A program made the translations under genes and the position numbers. Shown here piece after piece: positions 51,504 through 64,000 of a stretch of DNA of 64,000 nucleotides. Each line of letters begins with the position of its first letter. Within the stretch, counting starts at the first letter, position 1. Under the pieces are notes generated by a model, which did no database searches, was not told the origin of the DNA, and saw nothing but the letters and a program-made list of their open reading frames with translations. The stretch is from Octopus vulgaris (Eukaryota): contig OX597839.1 of assembly GCA_951406725.2 (NCBI GenBank), forward strand, positions 31,310,001 to 31,374,000. The letters run 5' to 3'.

Positions 51504-53012
51504 TCCATATGGTGCTTAAGGTTATCAGAATGTTTACAATTTTTTATGTTGAAACTATCCAGATCTGGCCTCTCCCACCAACCCTACAATGTTATTCTGA
51601 AAATAATAAACTTTCACATCATTGAAATCTTGAAGCTATGAAATAAGGCAGGATTAATTTTTTAAAAATGGGAATAAATAAGCATTACATTTGACAGAAT
51701 TGAAATGTGAAAGGGTCAAATATAAAATAATATAAAAAGAAAAAATATTTTTGTTAGCTAAAAATAAATTAATATAAAAAAAAACATACATTTGTAGGTT
51801 GAATATAAAAATAATATAAAACAAAACATGATTTCGTAAATGTTTTAAACAGAAAAAACTTCCAAACGCCAGCTTTTTTTACTCTCATCAAAAACATGCT
51901 GTTTAATTTATTAATGTGAATTTAATTAGTTAGTACGCAGTTAATTAGTATGCAGGAGTGACCAACTTAATTAAAAAAAAATCAAGAGAAAAAAAATATT
52001 TAAAAATTTTATTTTTCTATTCATTTATTGGTTGTGTTTTGTGCCAAGGTGGAGCAAGAGTAGAAACAAAAAAAATGTCAACAAGAGTCTCTCTCTGTTG
52101 TCTTTTGGTGTTACCTGGAGACTTTTATAGAATTAATGTCAACGTCTTTTTGACACAACCAAAACATGTTCAATATTCCTAATAAACAATCCCAAACCAC
52201 CTTTCATTGAAATCTGTCGATATTTATTGATTAAAAACTATCATTAATTCATACCTGCCATCATTTAGAAAAATATATAATCGATCAACTCAGCCATAAA
52301 AAAAACAAAAAAAAAAAACAGGAAAAGTAGCAGAATAAAAAAAAAAAAAGGGAGAAGAAAAACAATCCATGCCGTATCCATTGGGAGTTTCAAAGGAGTA
52401 GCAAATGTGATTATGATTTAAAATAATTAAAACAAAACAATTTTAATAAAGCTTATTACTTGACTGAGCAGACACGAGCAGACATGTTGTGAAAATGGCT
52501 TCATTCTCTTCTTTTTTGTTGCATGTCATCTGGTGAAAAACCATTCAACTGTCTACCATGAATTCAAACACACACTCTCACCAGTCTCTAACTCTCAGCT
52601 ATACTGTGTCTCCTCTCTCTGTTCTTTCTACCACTACTGTAAGGGCCTCTGCTCCTTATAGCAGCTAACTCACATTATCTCCCCTTCTCCACCATCACCA
52701 CAAGCCCTGAAGCCTCCTCATGCACTCCATCAGCCTCTCTCTCTCACCACCACTCCTGTAACGCACTTAACCACATGTCGTCTCTCTCTCTCTCTCTCTC
52801 TCTCTCATCCTCCCCTTCTCCTCACTTTTTTCCTGCACTGTCAGTCATCCTCTACCCTCCCCTTACCTCCTCCATCACTGGTCATCGCCCCACCCCCTTA
52901 TTGAGGAGGTGTGGCTTTGTGCCAGATGATGAGAGATTAGAACTAGAGATGGTACAACTATGACTGCTTGCAATAAGAGTAGATGAGTTTTTGAGATGAT
53001 AAGACAACAAAC

Positions 53013-53139
53013 CTGGCGCAAAGCAACGTAAAACTCCTGGTTGAACAAGAAGGGCTGGTACACTGATTCCACCAAATACACAGCTATAGGAACAACTTGT
53101 AGAAAACCAAGGCCCTGTCACAAGAACCTTGGTACTGCC
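53013..53139 (-). CDS. CAMTA: CAMTA exon C (TIG/IPT domain, GSTKVLVTGPW...PGVLRCFAP)
   Basis: ttaacag acceptor, CAG|gtttgt donor, 127 nt, phase 0 to 1. Confidence 0.95.
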
Positions 53140-53261
53140 CTGTTAAGAGAAAAACAAGAATTATTCAGCAAATGAGATTACAATTACACAGTCATTTTTA
53201 CTCTCTCTACTTCCTTTGTTATCGACAGCCAAGTTTTTTATATTTACTTAAGGGTTCTTTT

Positions 53262-53634
53262 ATATTGCACTTGTTTCAATCTTTGGACTGTGGCCATGCT
53301 GGGGCACCACCCCAAAGAGCTTTAGTGGAACAAATTCACTTATTTTTCTAAAGCCTGGTACTTATTCTACTGGTATCTTGTAGCTGCACTGCTAAGTTAC
53401 AGGGATGTGAACAAACCAACACCAGTTGTCAAATGGTTATGGGAGACAAACACAATGACATGCACACACACACACACACATGATGGGCTTCTTTCAGTTT
53501 CTGCCTACCAAGTTCAGTCACAAGGGTTTGATCAGCCTGAGGCTATAGTAGGAGGTACTTACCCAAGGTGCTACAGAGTGGGACTGAACTCAAGATCATA
53601 TGGTTGGGAAGTAAGCCTCTTAACCATTCAGCCA
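53262..53634 (-). mobile_element. SINE family B copy
   Basis: Colinear with family B. Confidence 0.8.
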
Positions 53635-54403
53635 CCAGACTACTACTTCATGGTTACTACTACTTCATGAAGAAAGAAAAGGACAAGAAACTGAGGAATT
53701 GTTTGCCTTCGGTGAAAGAATTCTTTTGTCCAATCTTTTTTTACATTTTTACCCTTCAATTTTTTTTACTAAATAAACAATTTGGCTGCCAATAACAAAA
53801 AAAAAAATCTTATTTTTACTGTAGCAGAAAAAATATATTTTAATTTTTAGAGAGGATTTAAAACCTCATCCACAGGGTTTGTGAACTGGCATCTGCATAA
53901 GTATGAACATAAACCTGTATTTGATGCTAGAAATCTGCCATTGTCTGCTTCAGTTTTGGTAAAGATTCAATAATTTCTTTTTTAGTCATCTTTATATATG
54001 ACCACCACAGACTAAAATGGAATTGTGAAAGCAATGATACACATCTTGAAAGGATTCAACTGACACAAAGGAACTCCGTCTCTGACATGACCGCTGCCGG
54101 TCAATGTTCAACAAATGTATCATCTCTGTTTGAAAGAGTCTCTGTGCAGAAAGAGACACCAAATCTCCTTCATATTACATCCAACCATCTAAATGATAGG
54201 AATGATGCATTGGATATGCAAGCTTGCTGTGTTTCCAATGCATATATATTGTATTATGATATCATAGCTAGTAGTAAAGCTGGGAAGGTGATGGCAGGAA
54301 CAACGTTGATACTAGGTTGCTATGATTAGGGCTGCTTTCGGTCAAAATAACCACAGCCAAATATTTCAAGTAAAGCTTTGAAAGGGGGGAAAAAGGCACC
54401 TAC

Positions 54404-55568
54404 CTCTGTATAGGACCACTCTGGGCAAAAATCTGTAATTGGTGCTTGTTCAGAATTTGAGTGCGATTCTGTAGATTGCGATATGCTTGAATCTGGTAGA
54501 ATGGTATGCTGGGATTGTGACGATGGTGGCCCTTGCTGTCCCCCTGAATTGTGATGTGTCTGTGACTGCCCAGCCTGTTGTGTATGATGGTGTGGATGAG
54601 GATGAGTTTGTGGCTGCTGCTGCTGCTGCTGTGGCTGAGACTGTTGTTGCTGTTGTTGCTCTTCCTGTTGTGCTGGATTTTGTTGCTGCGTTGTTCGCTG
54701 AGAGTCTAAGCAGCTGGCGCAAGTGATGAAGTCACGGCTAATGCTATCAAATGTAGAATGATCAGATGAAGACGGGTTCATATTGGAATAAAGTTTCTCC
54801 AGATCGGGCAGATCCAGAATGTCGAGGCTATCCAAACTGAGATCATTGTTCTGAAGAGAAGCAGTATTGAGAGTTAGGTTATCACAGTTAGTCAGGTCAG
54901 TGGAGACATCTTTGGAGTCCATAGAAGTGGAAGCGAAATCTGATGCCGAAGAAACTGTTGCCTGAAGGGTTTTTTGGACATCGTCATGAGAGAGATGGAA
55001 AGCAGGAGAGAATATGTTCATGGGTTCAGTCTTAATGTTGATTTCTTTTGGAACATCTTTCGAAGTATGACCCGTTTCTGAGATTTCTGTTGCCATGGGA
55101 ACAGGTAACATCGCCCTATTAGAAGTGGAGTGCGTGATCGCGGAACTGGTTGAACTGGTGCTTCCTGGCTCGACTTTAATTTCTGTTCCCAAAGTGTGTG
55201 CCGACGTCGCTAAGGTGGGCTGTATGGCCGAACCGACTGGCTGTCCAGTGCTGGACATGGATTGTTGTTGGTTTGTCATGGAGTTCGAAATGATAGAGAG
55301 GGGGTTTGTGGTTTGGCCACTTACAATGAGTAAGCTGTTGCTGCCTTGGATGTTTGCAAAGTTAAAAATGACCGGAGTAGAGGGAGGCACAACATCCGTA
55401 GAAGTAGATGTCGAAGAGTCCGTGACACTAGTGGACGGTGTTGTAGTAATGAGCATACTTTCACTCACTGGTGCTGTTGTCGCTACTCCTGCTGCTGCCG
55501 CTGCTGCTGCTGCTGCTGCCGCCGCCGCCGCTCGGTTGGCCCGATTTCTCTGCAGCAATGAGACCAAC
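54404..55568 (-). CDS. CAMTA: CAMTA exon B (large low-complexity exon with poly-Ala, S/T-rich and poly-Gln tracts, ending ITDFCPEWSYTE)
   Basis: tttttcag acceptor, GAG|gtaggt donor, 1165 nt, phase 2 to 0; lies in ORF 54326..55615. Confidence 0.95.
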
Positions 55569-55669
55569 CTGAAAAATGAAGAAGGACAAGGAGCTTGTTT
55601 ACTTTCATCCTTCATCTACCCACATTGCCCTTATTATGTTTTACCACCCAGAACCCGGCCCCATCAAAG

Positions 55670-56476
55670 TGAAACCCTCGCTGCCTTGCAATGGCTTGTG
55701 CATCACTATGACCCTGAGAGCTATGCCAGTGGAGTGCAAGCTCATGGCAGGGCCTCACATGCTGGACAGGTCAAAGGACAGAAGCCAGATTAATTTGGTT
55801 GACCTCTCGCCAGAGGTAAAAAGTGGGTTTGCATAGGGGGTCAACAACCCTAACTAGAAAAATGCAAAGTTACAGATGCATCAATGACAATTCAAAAACC
55901 AACAATTTATGGAAGAAGGTCTTTCTTTGGGTCACGAGAGGAGATGGCTAGGCTACACTTTAAGGACAGCCCAGGACTGAGAATAGAGGAGAAAAGTCAA
56001 CAATGGCCTATGCTCCATACAGGACCAGATTAAGACCTATAGAGGCCCCAATGCACTTAAAAGGCTTTGATGTCCCCATAATGTAATTCAAAATATAAAC
56101 AATAATAAACCATAAAAGGAACTTTTATTTTTCAAAATGAAACAAAACCAAGAGAAAGCTGGAAAATAATGTTTTGTTTTGTAGATTTCTCCTCAATTTA
56201 TATTTGAAAAGTTTTCTCCAACTTTTTTGATTGTAAAGTCTGATGAAATCTTCAAAATTAATTTTACGTAACACATCTGCTTCTATACTTAGTAGAGATA
56301 AAGGAATCCTGAATTTTATTTAACGAGTTTCAAGTGATTTCTTTTGTGCCATGAACTATTTACCATTTCTGTGGTGACCCCCACTTTCCCTTCCCTTGAT
56401 GCCCTAAGCATGTGCTTATTTTGCTCAATTGTTAATCCAGCACTGGCTCCATAGGAGGCAAAGGGCTTCAGTAAGT
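55670..56476 (+). mobile_element. Bipartite non-autonomous RTE derivative (5' UTR fused to 3' end), interrupted by the hAT MITE
   Basis: atgaccctgagagctatgcc...ggacaggtcaaagg resembles RTE 5' ends and tggcctatgctccata-ggagg resembles RTE 3' ends (recalled). Boundaries approximate. Confidence 0.5.
56020..56445. mobile_element. hAT-type MITE
   Basis: Imperfect TIRs caggaccagattaa / ttaatccagcactg. Exact 8-bp TSD gctccata at 56012-56019 and 56446-56453. Confidence 0.85.
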
Positions 56477-56522
56477 ATGCAAACATCAAGGACCCACATT
56501 AACCATATTTCCTCTTGGGATA

Positions 56523-56738
56523 CTCTTTTACTCTTTTACTTGTTTCATTCATTCGACTGCGGCCATGCTGGAGCACCGCCTTTCAGTCGAGCAAATCGAC
56601 CCCGGGACTTATTCTTTGTAAGCCCAGTACTTATTCTATCGGTCTCTTTTGCCGAACCACTAAGTGATGGGGACGTAAACATACCAGCATCGGTTGTCAA
56701 GCAATGCTAGGGGGACAAACACAGACGCACAAACATAT

Positions 56739-56794
<56 letters not shown>

Positions 56795-56952
56795 GACAGG
56801 TTTCTTTCAGTTTCCGTCTACCAAATCCACTCACAAGGCATTGATCGGCCCGGGGCTATAGCAGAAGACACTTGCCCAAGATGCCACGCAGTGGGACTGA
56901 ACCCGGAACCATGTGGTTGATTAGCAAGCTACTTACTACACAGCCACTCCTC
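56523..56952 (-). mobile_element. tRNA-derived SINE family B (CORE-like, internal TA/TG microsatellite), near-intact
   Basis: Head ggagtggctgtgtagtaag...ggttcagtcccactgcgtggcatcttgggcaagtgtctt; tail ...gaaacaagtaaaagagtaaaagag. Confidence 0.9.
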
Positions 56953-57130
56953 AACCATTCTGGAATCCCTCCTTCCCTGACTCACAAACATATTTCTTGC
57001 ACACAGCAACAGACAGACGTTCCAACAGGATAGAGATGGCATCAATGTCGACAGTGTCAGAGGATACTTGATGGTCGCAGAAACGGGACCCCACCCTCTT
57101 TAAACCCCCCTAAAAAAGTAGCCCCTTTAC

Positions 57131-57324
57131 CTGCCATGGTCGTTGCTGCTGTTACTGTTGACACTTCCTGTTGTCGGTTCAACTCCTTTGGGCGAAATCT
57201 TACAGCATTTGGAATGCAGGCAGTTTTTATCACAGGAGATGTCACATTTGTGGTTGCGAGATTTAACACGTTTCTCTTGGTATTCGATTAAGTGTTGAAC
57301 GATAGCTTCAACTGTGTCTTGGAT
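57131..57324 (-). CDS. CAMTA: CAMTA exon A (post-CG-1 region, IQDTVEAIVQHLIEYQ...KISPKGVEPTTG)
   Basis: ctccag acceptor, CAG|gtaaag donor, 194 nt, phase 0 to 2. Resembles the vertebrate CAMTA1 VEQLVQQIL...IISPKVEP segment as I recall it. Confidence 0.85.
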
Positions 57325-58168
57325 CTGGAGGGGGAGGAAACAAACAAAAAACAAAAAAAAAATATATAAAAGAACAAAGGAAAACCAATCAGTTAAAAAA
57401 CAAAACAAAACAAAAAACCCCAGATATTTTATTGAATTCAAATTCTGATGATTGATGAAGATCTTTACATGAAACTCTCAACAATAATGAATCCATAACA
57501 GCAACAGCAACAACAAGAACAACAACAATAAAAAAAAACAAAAGCAGTTGACTTCAAATGGAAGCATCAAGGGAGATCGGACAATGGAAATCTAAGAGAT
57601 AAAGGATATTTCCAATTAAGGGAAAACAAGATACAATCTTTTTTATATTTTTCTAGGTTTTCTTCTCATCAAAACATATTTTAACATTTCCTCTTTCCAA
57701 TCCCTCCTTTTGTTTTTTTTCTCTCCTCCTCCCTCTGTTTCTTTGCTTCTCTTCCTCCTCCTTCAACTATGCACCCCCCCAATCCGTCCATCCCCCCCAC
57801 CACCCCAGTCGTGCTTATCTTTTCTTCTTCCTCAGTCTTTTGAGTTCCTTCATGTCTTATCTCAGATGTTGTTCCATTTTTCCAATGGGTTCTTTGTGAC
57901 ACTTTGATCAATTAGAATCTGACACAGTCATCATTCTCATCGTCATCATCATCATCATCACTGTTACCAGCATTATCATCATCATCACTTACCATGATGA
58001 TGAGGATCATCATCATCATAGGCATCATCACCACAGTAATGATGATGATGATAATCCTCATAATCATAACTGCCATAGCAACACCATGCCGTCATTGCCA
58101 CACCACCACTGCTGTCATCACCATCATCAAGAACAGACCAACAATAAGAAGATAGCAACACTGTTGTT

Positions 58169-58390
58169 CTTTACTACCCACAAGGGGCTAAACATAGAGG
58201 GGACAAACAAGGACAGACAAAGGGATTAAGTCGATTACATCGACCCCTGTGCATAACTGGTACTTAATTTATCGACCCCGAGAGGATGAAAGGCAAAGTC
58301 GACCTCGGCGGAATTTGAACTCAGAACGTAGCGGCAGACGAAATACCTCTAAGCATTTCGCCCGGCGCGCTAATGTTTCTGCCAGCTCGC
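58169..58390 (-). mobile_element. tRNA-derived SINE family A, near-intact copy
   Basis: gcgagctggcagaa...gagttcaaattccgccgaggtcgactttgcctttcatcc...gataaattaagtaccag. 21-bp TSD gaagatagcaacactgttgtt (58148-58168, 58391-58411). Confidence 0.92.
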
Positions 58391-60005
58391 GAAGATAGCA
58401 ACACTGTTGTTGCTTTACACCATTGAATAACATCATCATCCTTGTCATCGTCATCACCATCACTACACCCACCACCTTAACCCACTAACCCGAATGTTGG
58501 CCCTGCTTGCCTAGCCAGTGGAGTGGCATCATTTGAAAGCTGAAACAATGTATAACAACACCCAATAATCTGGTCGATACTGTGATGTTGTGTCTTAGAG
58601 CAAAGCCCTTCATTTCGAATTGCTTCAGTTCTCTCAGCTGAAAAGGGGACACACCAGAAGCAGGAGGTTAATCTTGTGACAGTTATCCTGTCCAGAGGCA
58701 GCAGAGTTTCCTAAGTAGCAGTAGGGGTCATCTGATTTCCTATTTCTGCTACAGAAAATCTGTCATGGGAGTCCAAGTTGTTCCATTGGTATTAATTTGA
58801 TTAGGGGTATTAGGGTTTGATTAGGGTTCCCTTGGTATCAATTTGATTAGGGGGAAGAAGTAGGACAATTGCAACATTGATAATCAATTTAAGAAATTTA
58901 AGAAACTTTTAAAATACATGAAACATTTATGTCCATGAATATTTCAAGCTTTTGTGTCTGTGATCCCTAAAATAAGGAACTAAATCCCTCAACCTATTTC
59001 TGAAAATTAAACTTATTTCCTCTCAAGTAACTTCACTGAATTATTCTTTATTGTTTCAATTTATTTCATTTTTATTTCTTTGCATCTTCCTCCCTACCAA
59101 TCCTACTAACAGTGTTGCCATATCATCTTTGTTTGTGTGTGTGTGTGTGTGTGTCTGTGGTTGTCCCCCCACCACTGTTTGACAAATGGTGTTGGTGTAT
59201 TTATGTCCCCATAACTTAGCAGTTCGGCAAAAGAGTCTGATAGGATAAGTACTAAGCTTAGCAGAAAAAATTAAGTACTGGGGTTGATTTATTCAGCTGA
59301 AATTCTTCAAGACATTGCCCCAGCATGGCCACAGTTTAATGACTGAAACAAGTAAAAGATATTGATAGATAGATAGGTAGGTAGGTAGGTAGGTAGTAGA
59401 TAAATAGATTGCAAGTGTGTACAAAGTGTTTTATTGCAAATGTGGTCAAGATGACTCGGTAGATAGAGTCTGACTTAATAAACAGTAATCTATTAATGTT
59501 GTTGAGTTGTTGGTCTTGCTTAAGAGGAGAAAACAAAAGCCAATGCAGGAGAGACAATTAATTTGGAGTGAGTCAGGGATGTGACCGGTTGAATAACTTG
59601 TCCGTTCGTCTCAAGTTGAAACATGTTGTCAAATGATTTGCTTGTTGTGGAATAGAAAGAGGAGGACGCTGCTCCGGCTGCTCCGGCAATTCTATACATG
59701 TTTTATTTGCCTGTTTTTGTTTGTTTAAAAGATTTTTTTTTTTTTTATTTAGGCAAGACTATGATGTAGGAAGTTTGCTTCCCAACCCCATGGTTCCATG
59801 TTCAGTCCTGCTGTGGGGCACCTTGGCCAAGTGTCTTCTACTATCGCTTCAGGCTGACCTAAGCTTTGTGAATGGATTCGGTAGATGGAAACTGAAAGAA
59901 ACCCAACATATACATGTGTGTGTGTGTGGTGTGTAGATATATAATTTTTTTTTTTTTTAAAGAAATTTAAAGTGCCTATGTGATAACTGTAAACCTATTT
60001 TTAGG

Positions 60006-60291
60006 CCTCCTGTGCCGGTGGCACGTAAAAAGCGTCATCTGAATGTGGCTGATGCCAGGCCCGCCTGACTGGCTCCCATGCTGGTGGCACATAAAAAGCA
60101 CCCACTACACTCTTGGAGTGGTTGGCATTAGGAAGGGCATCCAACTGTAGAAACCTTGCAGATCAGATTGGAGCCTGGTGCAGCCTTCTGGCTCTCCAGA
60201 CCCTGGTCGAACCGTCCAACCCATGCCAGCATGGAAAACAGATGTTAAACGATGCTGCTGCTGCTGCTGCTGTTGCTGATGATGATGATGA
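60006..60291 (+). mobile_element. Retroposon family D 3' portion with (GAT)n tail
   Basis: gagtggttggcattaggaagggcatcca...catgccagcatgg...gttaaacgatg; recurs at 45415-45640, 63332-63489 and elsewhere. Confidence 0.82.
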
Positions 60292-60483
60292 TATATTGTA
60301 TGTGTGTGCATGTTTTTGTTTGTGCAGTTATCCTGATTTTGTGGAAAGAATCAGCAGTGTGGGGTCTGAAAGCATCTGGGGTCTTGACAGCGACAGGCAC
60401 AATGTGATAGCAGCCCTGGTCAGGCCCCTGTATGAACTGAAGAGAAACCCTGCTGCTGTTGCTTCACTAATCTGGCAATATTT

Positions 60484-60630
60484 CATCATCATCATCATCG
60501 TTTAACGTCCGTTCTCCATGCTAGCATGGGGTGGACGGTTCGACCGGGGTTCTGGGAAGCCAGAAGGCTGCACCAGGCTCCAGTCTAATCTGGCAATGTT
60601 TCTACAGCTGGATGCCCTTCCTAACGCCAA
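60484..60630 (-). mobile_element. Family D copy inverted relative to 60006-60291
   Basis: Reverse complement of 60122-60253 with scattered substitutions. Confidence 0.85.
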
Positions 60631-61104
60631 TATATATAATGGTGATAAAACAGTTCTACTTTACTTGGAAAAATTATCTTAATTCTCTTAAAACCCCAAA
60701 CCTAAAAGAACCTACCACACTACATATGACCCCATCTTCTGACCTGCAAGTCAGCTGTGTCCTCTCTGGGCCTTTTCTACTGCTACTGCAATGGCATCTG
60801 CTCCGCCACTCTCATCTCCCTCATCTCTACCCCATCTCCACCATCACTGCATTCTCCCCCACCAGCTCCACCCAGTCCTTCCTCCCTAAGGTATCATCCC
60901 TCCAGAACTCTCTTCTGGTTCGGGTCTTTTCTGCAGGCATTGATTTACAAATGTTCAACAAGAACATTAATAACATCAGTGTCAGTGAAGAAAGGCTATG
61001 GGCATGGGAAAGGCTATGGGCATGGGCCCCCTTCTTCAGCATCCAGCAAACGAAAATGATAACAAACATATACAACACTGGGTCTGTGTATAGGGTAGCT
61101 ATTT

Positions 61105-61580
61105 GGGAGGGGGGGAGGGAAAGGGAGAGAGAGGTAGATAGAGAGAGAGGGAGAGGAAGAGGGAGGAAGGGAGGGAGGGATAGGAGGAAGGAGAGGATGG
61201 AATGAGAGATGGAAGAGAGAGGTGAGAGAGAAAGAGAGAGAGAGAGAGGGAGGAAGGGAGGGAGGGATAGGAGGAAGGGATAGGAGGAAGGGATAGGAGG
61301 AAGGGATAGGAGGAAGGAGAGGATGGAATGAGAGATGGAAGAGAGAGAAGATGAGAGAGAAAGAGAGAGAGAGAAAGAGAGAGAGAGAAAGAGAGAGAGA
61401 GAAAGAGAGAGAGAGAAAGAGAGAGAGAGAGTGGAGTGAAACAAAGAACAAAAAGGAAGAAATGAAGGAAGAAAAGAAGAAAGAAAGATTGAAAATGAAA
61501 AGAATGAAGGAGAAAGAAAGCAGAGAGAAATATTGTCAAGAAGAAGGAAATGAAGAGAAAGAGAGAGAGAGAAAGAAGAC
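61105..61580. repeat. Polypurine (GA/GGA) low-complexity tract
   Basis: Directly visible; contains internal duplications. Confidence 0.9.
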
Positions 61581-61911
61581 TCCTGAGAAATTAATTCCAT
61601 AACAGTTTTCCTCCTCCTCCTCCTCCTCCTCCTCTTCCAGACACCTCCCACCACTAAGAAAACAAAAAAAACAACAAAAACCAAATCAAAACAGAATTTT
61701 TGATTTTAGCAAAATCCTGCAAGGTTTGAGAAAAAAATTGTTTTTGTAAAAGACACCTTTTTGTCTTATTTTTCTATCGGCAAGACAGTGGTGGTGGTGG
61801 TGGTGGTGGTGATTAGGCTGGCAGATGGAGTGGTGATGCTGGTAGTGGTGGTGGTCACAGCACTGATGATTCTGTTTACATTTTACTGTATTTCAAATCA
61901 CACAGTATAAA

Positions 61912-62322
<411 letters not shown>

Positions 62323-62392
62323 CCTGCATATGTTTTCATTTTACTGAAGAATTAAAAGATGTTCAAAGACACAAAAATACCACCATTAGAAG

Positions 62393-62424
<32 letters not shown>

Positions 62425-63331
62425 GCAGCAGTAGTAAAAGAAGGAAAAAAAAACCCCAACCAAACAAAAAAATTACTGAAATCTATTTGCAAACTTCTCA
62501 GACAACTGCTGACAAATTTCAAGACTGAATTGAATTAGTTTTGGGGGGGGAGACATTGGTGAAGAGGAGGCAGAAGTGGAAGAAGGGCAGGCAAAACAGT
62601 GAAAGGAGAGAATAGTAGAAAGGTGGTGTGTGTGTGTGTGTGTGAGAAATGGTGAGCAAATGGCACAGGTTTCTTTGCTTTCATAGTGTCTGCCATGGTT
62701 TTTTTTTTTTTTGGAGAAGGGGTCAGGGGTCAGGGTGTTTGTAATTCATGCAAAAATACATGAGAAATAAGAGCAAAAACAAAATAAAATCTGAAGTAAA
62801 ACAAAAACGAAAAAAGAAAACTAAGTGAATGTTTTCTTCAAAATAATTTTCCAATACTACTACTACTACTACTAATAATAATAATAGAAATAACAGCAAA
62901 TATTTTGCTCAATGGCCTGTTCCTTAGAAGCTGACAATATAAGAAGCTTTGATCATGAGCAGGGGTAGTGGGGGAGCATCATAGCCATGCGTTGAGACAG
63001 ATTCTTTGGGGTTTGAGAAATTCACTTCTGGAAACATTGGGGTTTCGTTAATCATCCTTAAACGACCCTTACTCAAGAACTTTTTGAGTGGGATCAGCTA
63101 CTCGACCTGAAGAAAATTCTAACTGGGCCCCACTTGCAAGGTCATGCGCTGTTTATCTTGATATGAGATCACCCTGTCGCACACATATGGTTGTGACACA
63201 TGTGCCTGGTGTGTGCCCTTATCAGATGGGTGGTCATGATGGGTATACTGGACTTGGTAGATTTGTACCCCAGCATCACTTTAATGGTGTGTGCTGATCT
63301 CTCGCTCCATAATAATAATAATGATAATGAC

Positions 63332-63489
63332 TACACTCGCAGAGTGGTTGGCATTAGGAAGGGCATCCAGCTGTAGAAACACTGCCAGATCAGACTGGAG
63401 CCTGGCGCAGCCCCTGGCTTCCCAGACCCCGGTTGAACCGTCCAACCCGTGCTGGCACGGAAAACGGACGTTAAACGATGATGATGATG
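63332..63489 (+). mobile_element. Family D copy
   Basis: Same core and GAT tail. Confidence 0.82.
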
Positions 63490-63492
63490 AAC

Positions 63493-63650
63493 CCTTTCTA
63501 GTAAAGGCATAAGGCCTGAAATTTGGCGAGAGGGGACTAGTTGATTACATCGACCCCAGCATGTAACTCTTGGTGGAATTTGAACTCAGAATGTAAAGAC
63601 GGACGAAATGGCATTAAGCATCTCGTCAGGCATGCAAACCATTCTTCCAT
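63493..63650 (-). mobile_element. SINE family A copy, internally deleted
   Basis: Family A tail and B-box region present, central part missing. Confidence 0.7.
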
Positions 63651-64000
63651 CTCAGTATTATAATAATAGAATAAAATATTAACAATAAGAGCATTTCTTT
63701 ATCTGCCTCATCCATACTGGAAGAAGAAGAAAGAGAGAAAGCAACAATGAGTGAGAGAAGGGGACAATGTTATTGCCACCTTTTCCCTGCTTCCTAATAA
63801 TTAATAAATAATTACTAAATATAAACGAGTCTGTCACCAACAGAAGGCAACTGCTGGTGTAATCACATATAAAAAATACATTAGAAAACTCCCTCCCCCT
63901 CTCTTCAACAAGAAGCATGCCAGACGTCAACGGCACTTGAAATAAGAAAGACAGAGACATGACTTTCTGTGAGAAATTCTGAAATTCTCAGGACTTGCAC

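Larger units (their letters stand above)
22106..57324 (-). other. CAMTA: CAMTA gene (calmodulin-binding transcription activator), 5'-partial, 14 coding exons plus 1 candidate cassette exon
   Basis: Manually spliced exons join in phase (4089 nt incl. stop when skipping the cassette exon and collapsing the gap). Product contains ITDFCPEWSYTEGSTKVLVTGPW...PGVLRCFAPAHEPPGLVTL (TIG), GMTLLHLAGALGY / SCTPLMWACAKG (ankyrin) and [12 protein letters not shown] / AAVLIQSQFRSY (IQ), the CAMTA domain order. CG-1 exons not found in the window. Confidence 0.96.

Noticed and set aside
55095-55793. 232-aa plus-strand ORF (also 39070..39582)
   Set aside because: Antisense shadow of CAMTA exon B (or H).
60827-61684. 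285-aa minus-strand ORF
   Set aside because: Derived from the polypurine/polypyrimidine low-complexity tract.
62476-62523. 48-nt AG/GT-bounded candidate micro-exon
   Set aside because: Poor pyrimidine tract, no recognisable CAMTA similarity, and no evident phase-0 join to exon A.
63679-63960. 93-aa ORF with an aag acceptor as a possible upstream CAMTA exon
   Set aside because: No CG-1 similarity and no convincing donor.

Overview
Eukaryotic, AT-rich DNA packed with microsatellites and SINEs. The repeat landscape suggests a coleoid cephalopod, probably Octopus (inference, not searched). The main content is the 3' ~1,350 codons of a minus-strand CAMTA gene (calmodulin-binding transcription activator). 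I reconstructed 14 coding exons plus one candidate cassette exon by hand between 57324 and 22106. All have GT-AG junctions with matching phases and encode the post-CG-1 region, TIG/IPT, ankyrin repeats and IQ motifs. The CG-1 exons were not found and presumably lie beyond 64000. Positions 1-22100 are 3' UTR/intergenic. Nearly all other ORFs in the track are microsatellite or antisense artefacts. Most notable observations: (1) a candidate cassette exon encoding a CaM-binding-like helix, carrying a strand-specific 17-bp RNA stem next to its donor, whose inclusion switches the frame of the last exon; (2) a 46-bp triplication of an exon end giving three donors; (3) a 70-bp intronic hairpin with tandem G.A mismatches in a Crypton-like element; (4) a 246-bp foldback; (5) a promoter-like island bounded by a 37-bp direct repeat; (6) a SINE and an RTE LINE sharing a 3' tail; (7) inverted SINE pairs that could support dsRNA editing or back-splicing. 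Nothing here demonstrates a wholly new system. These are testable hypotheses.
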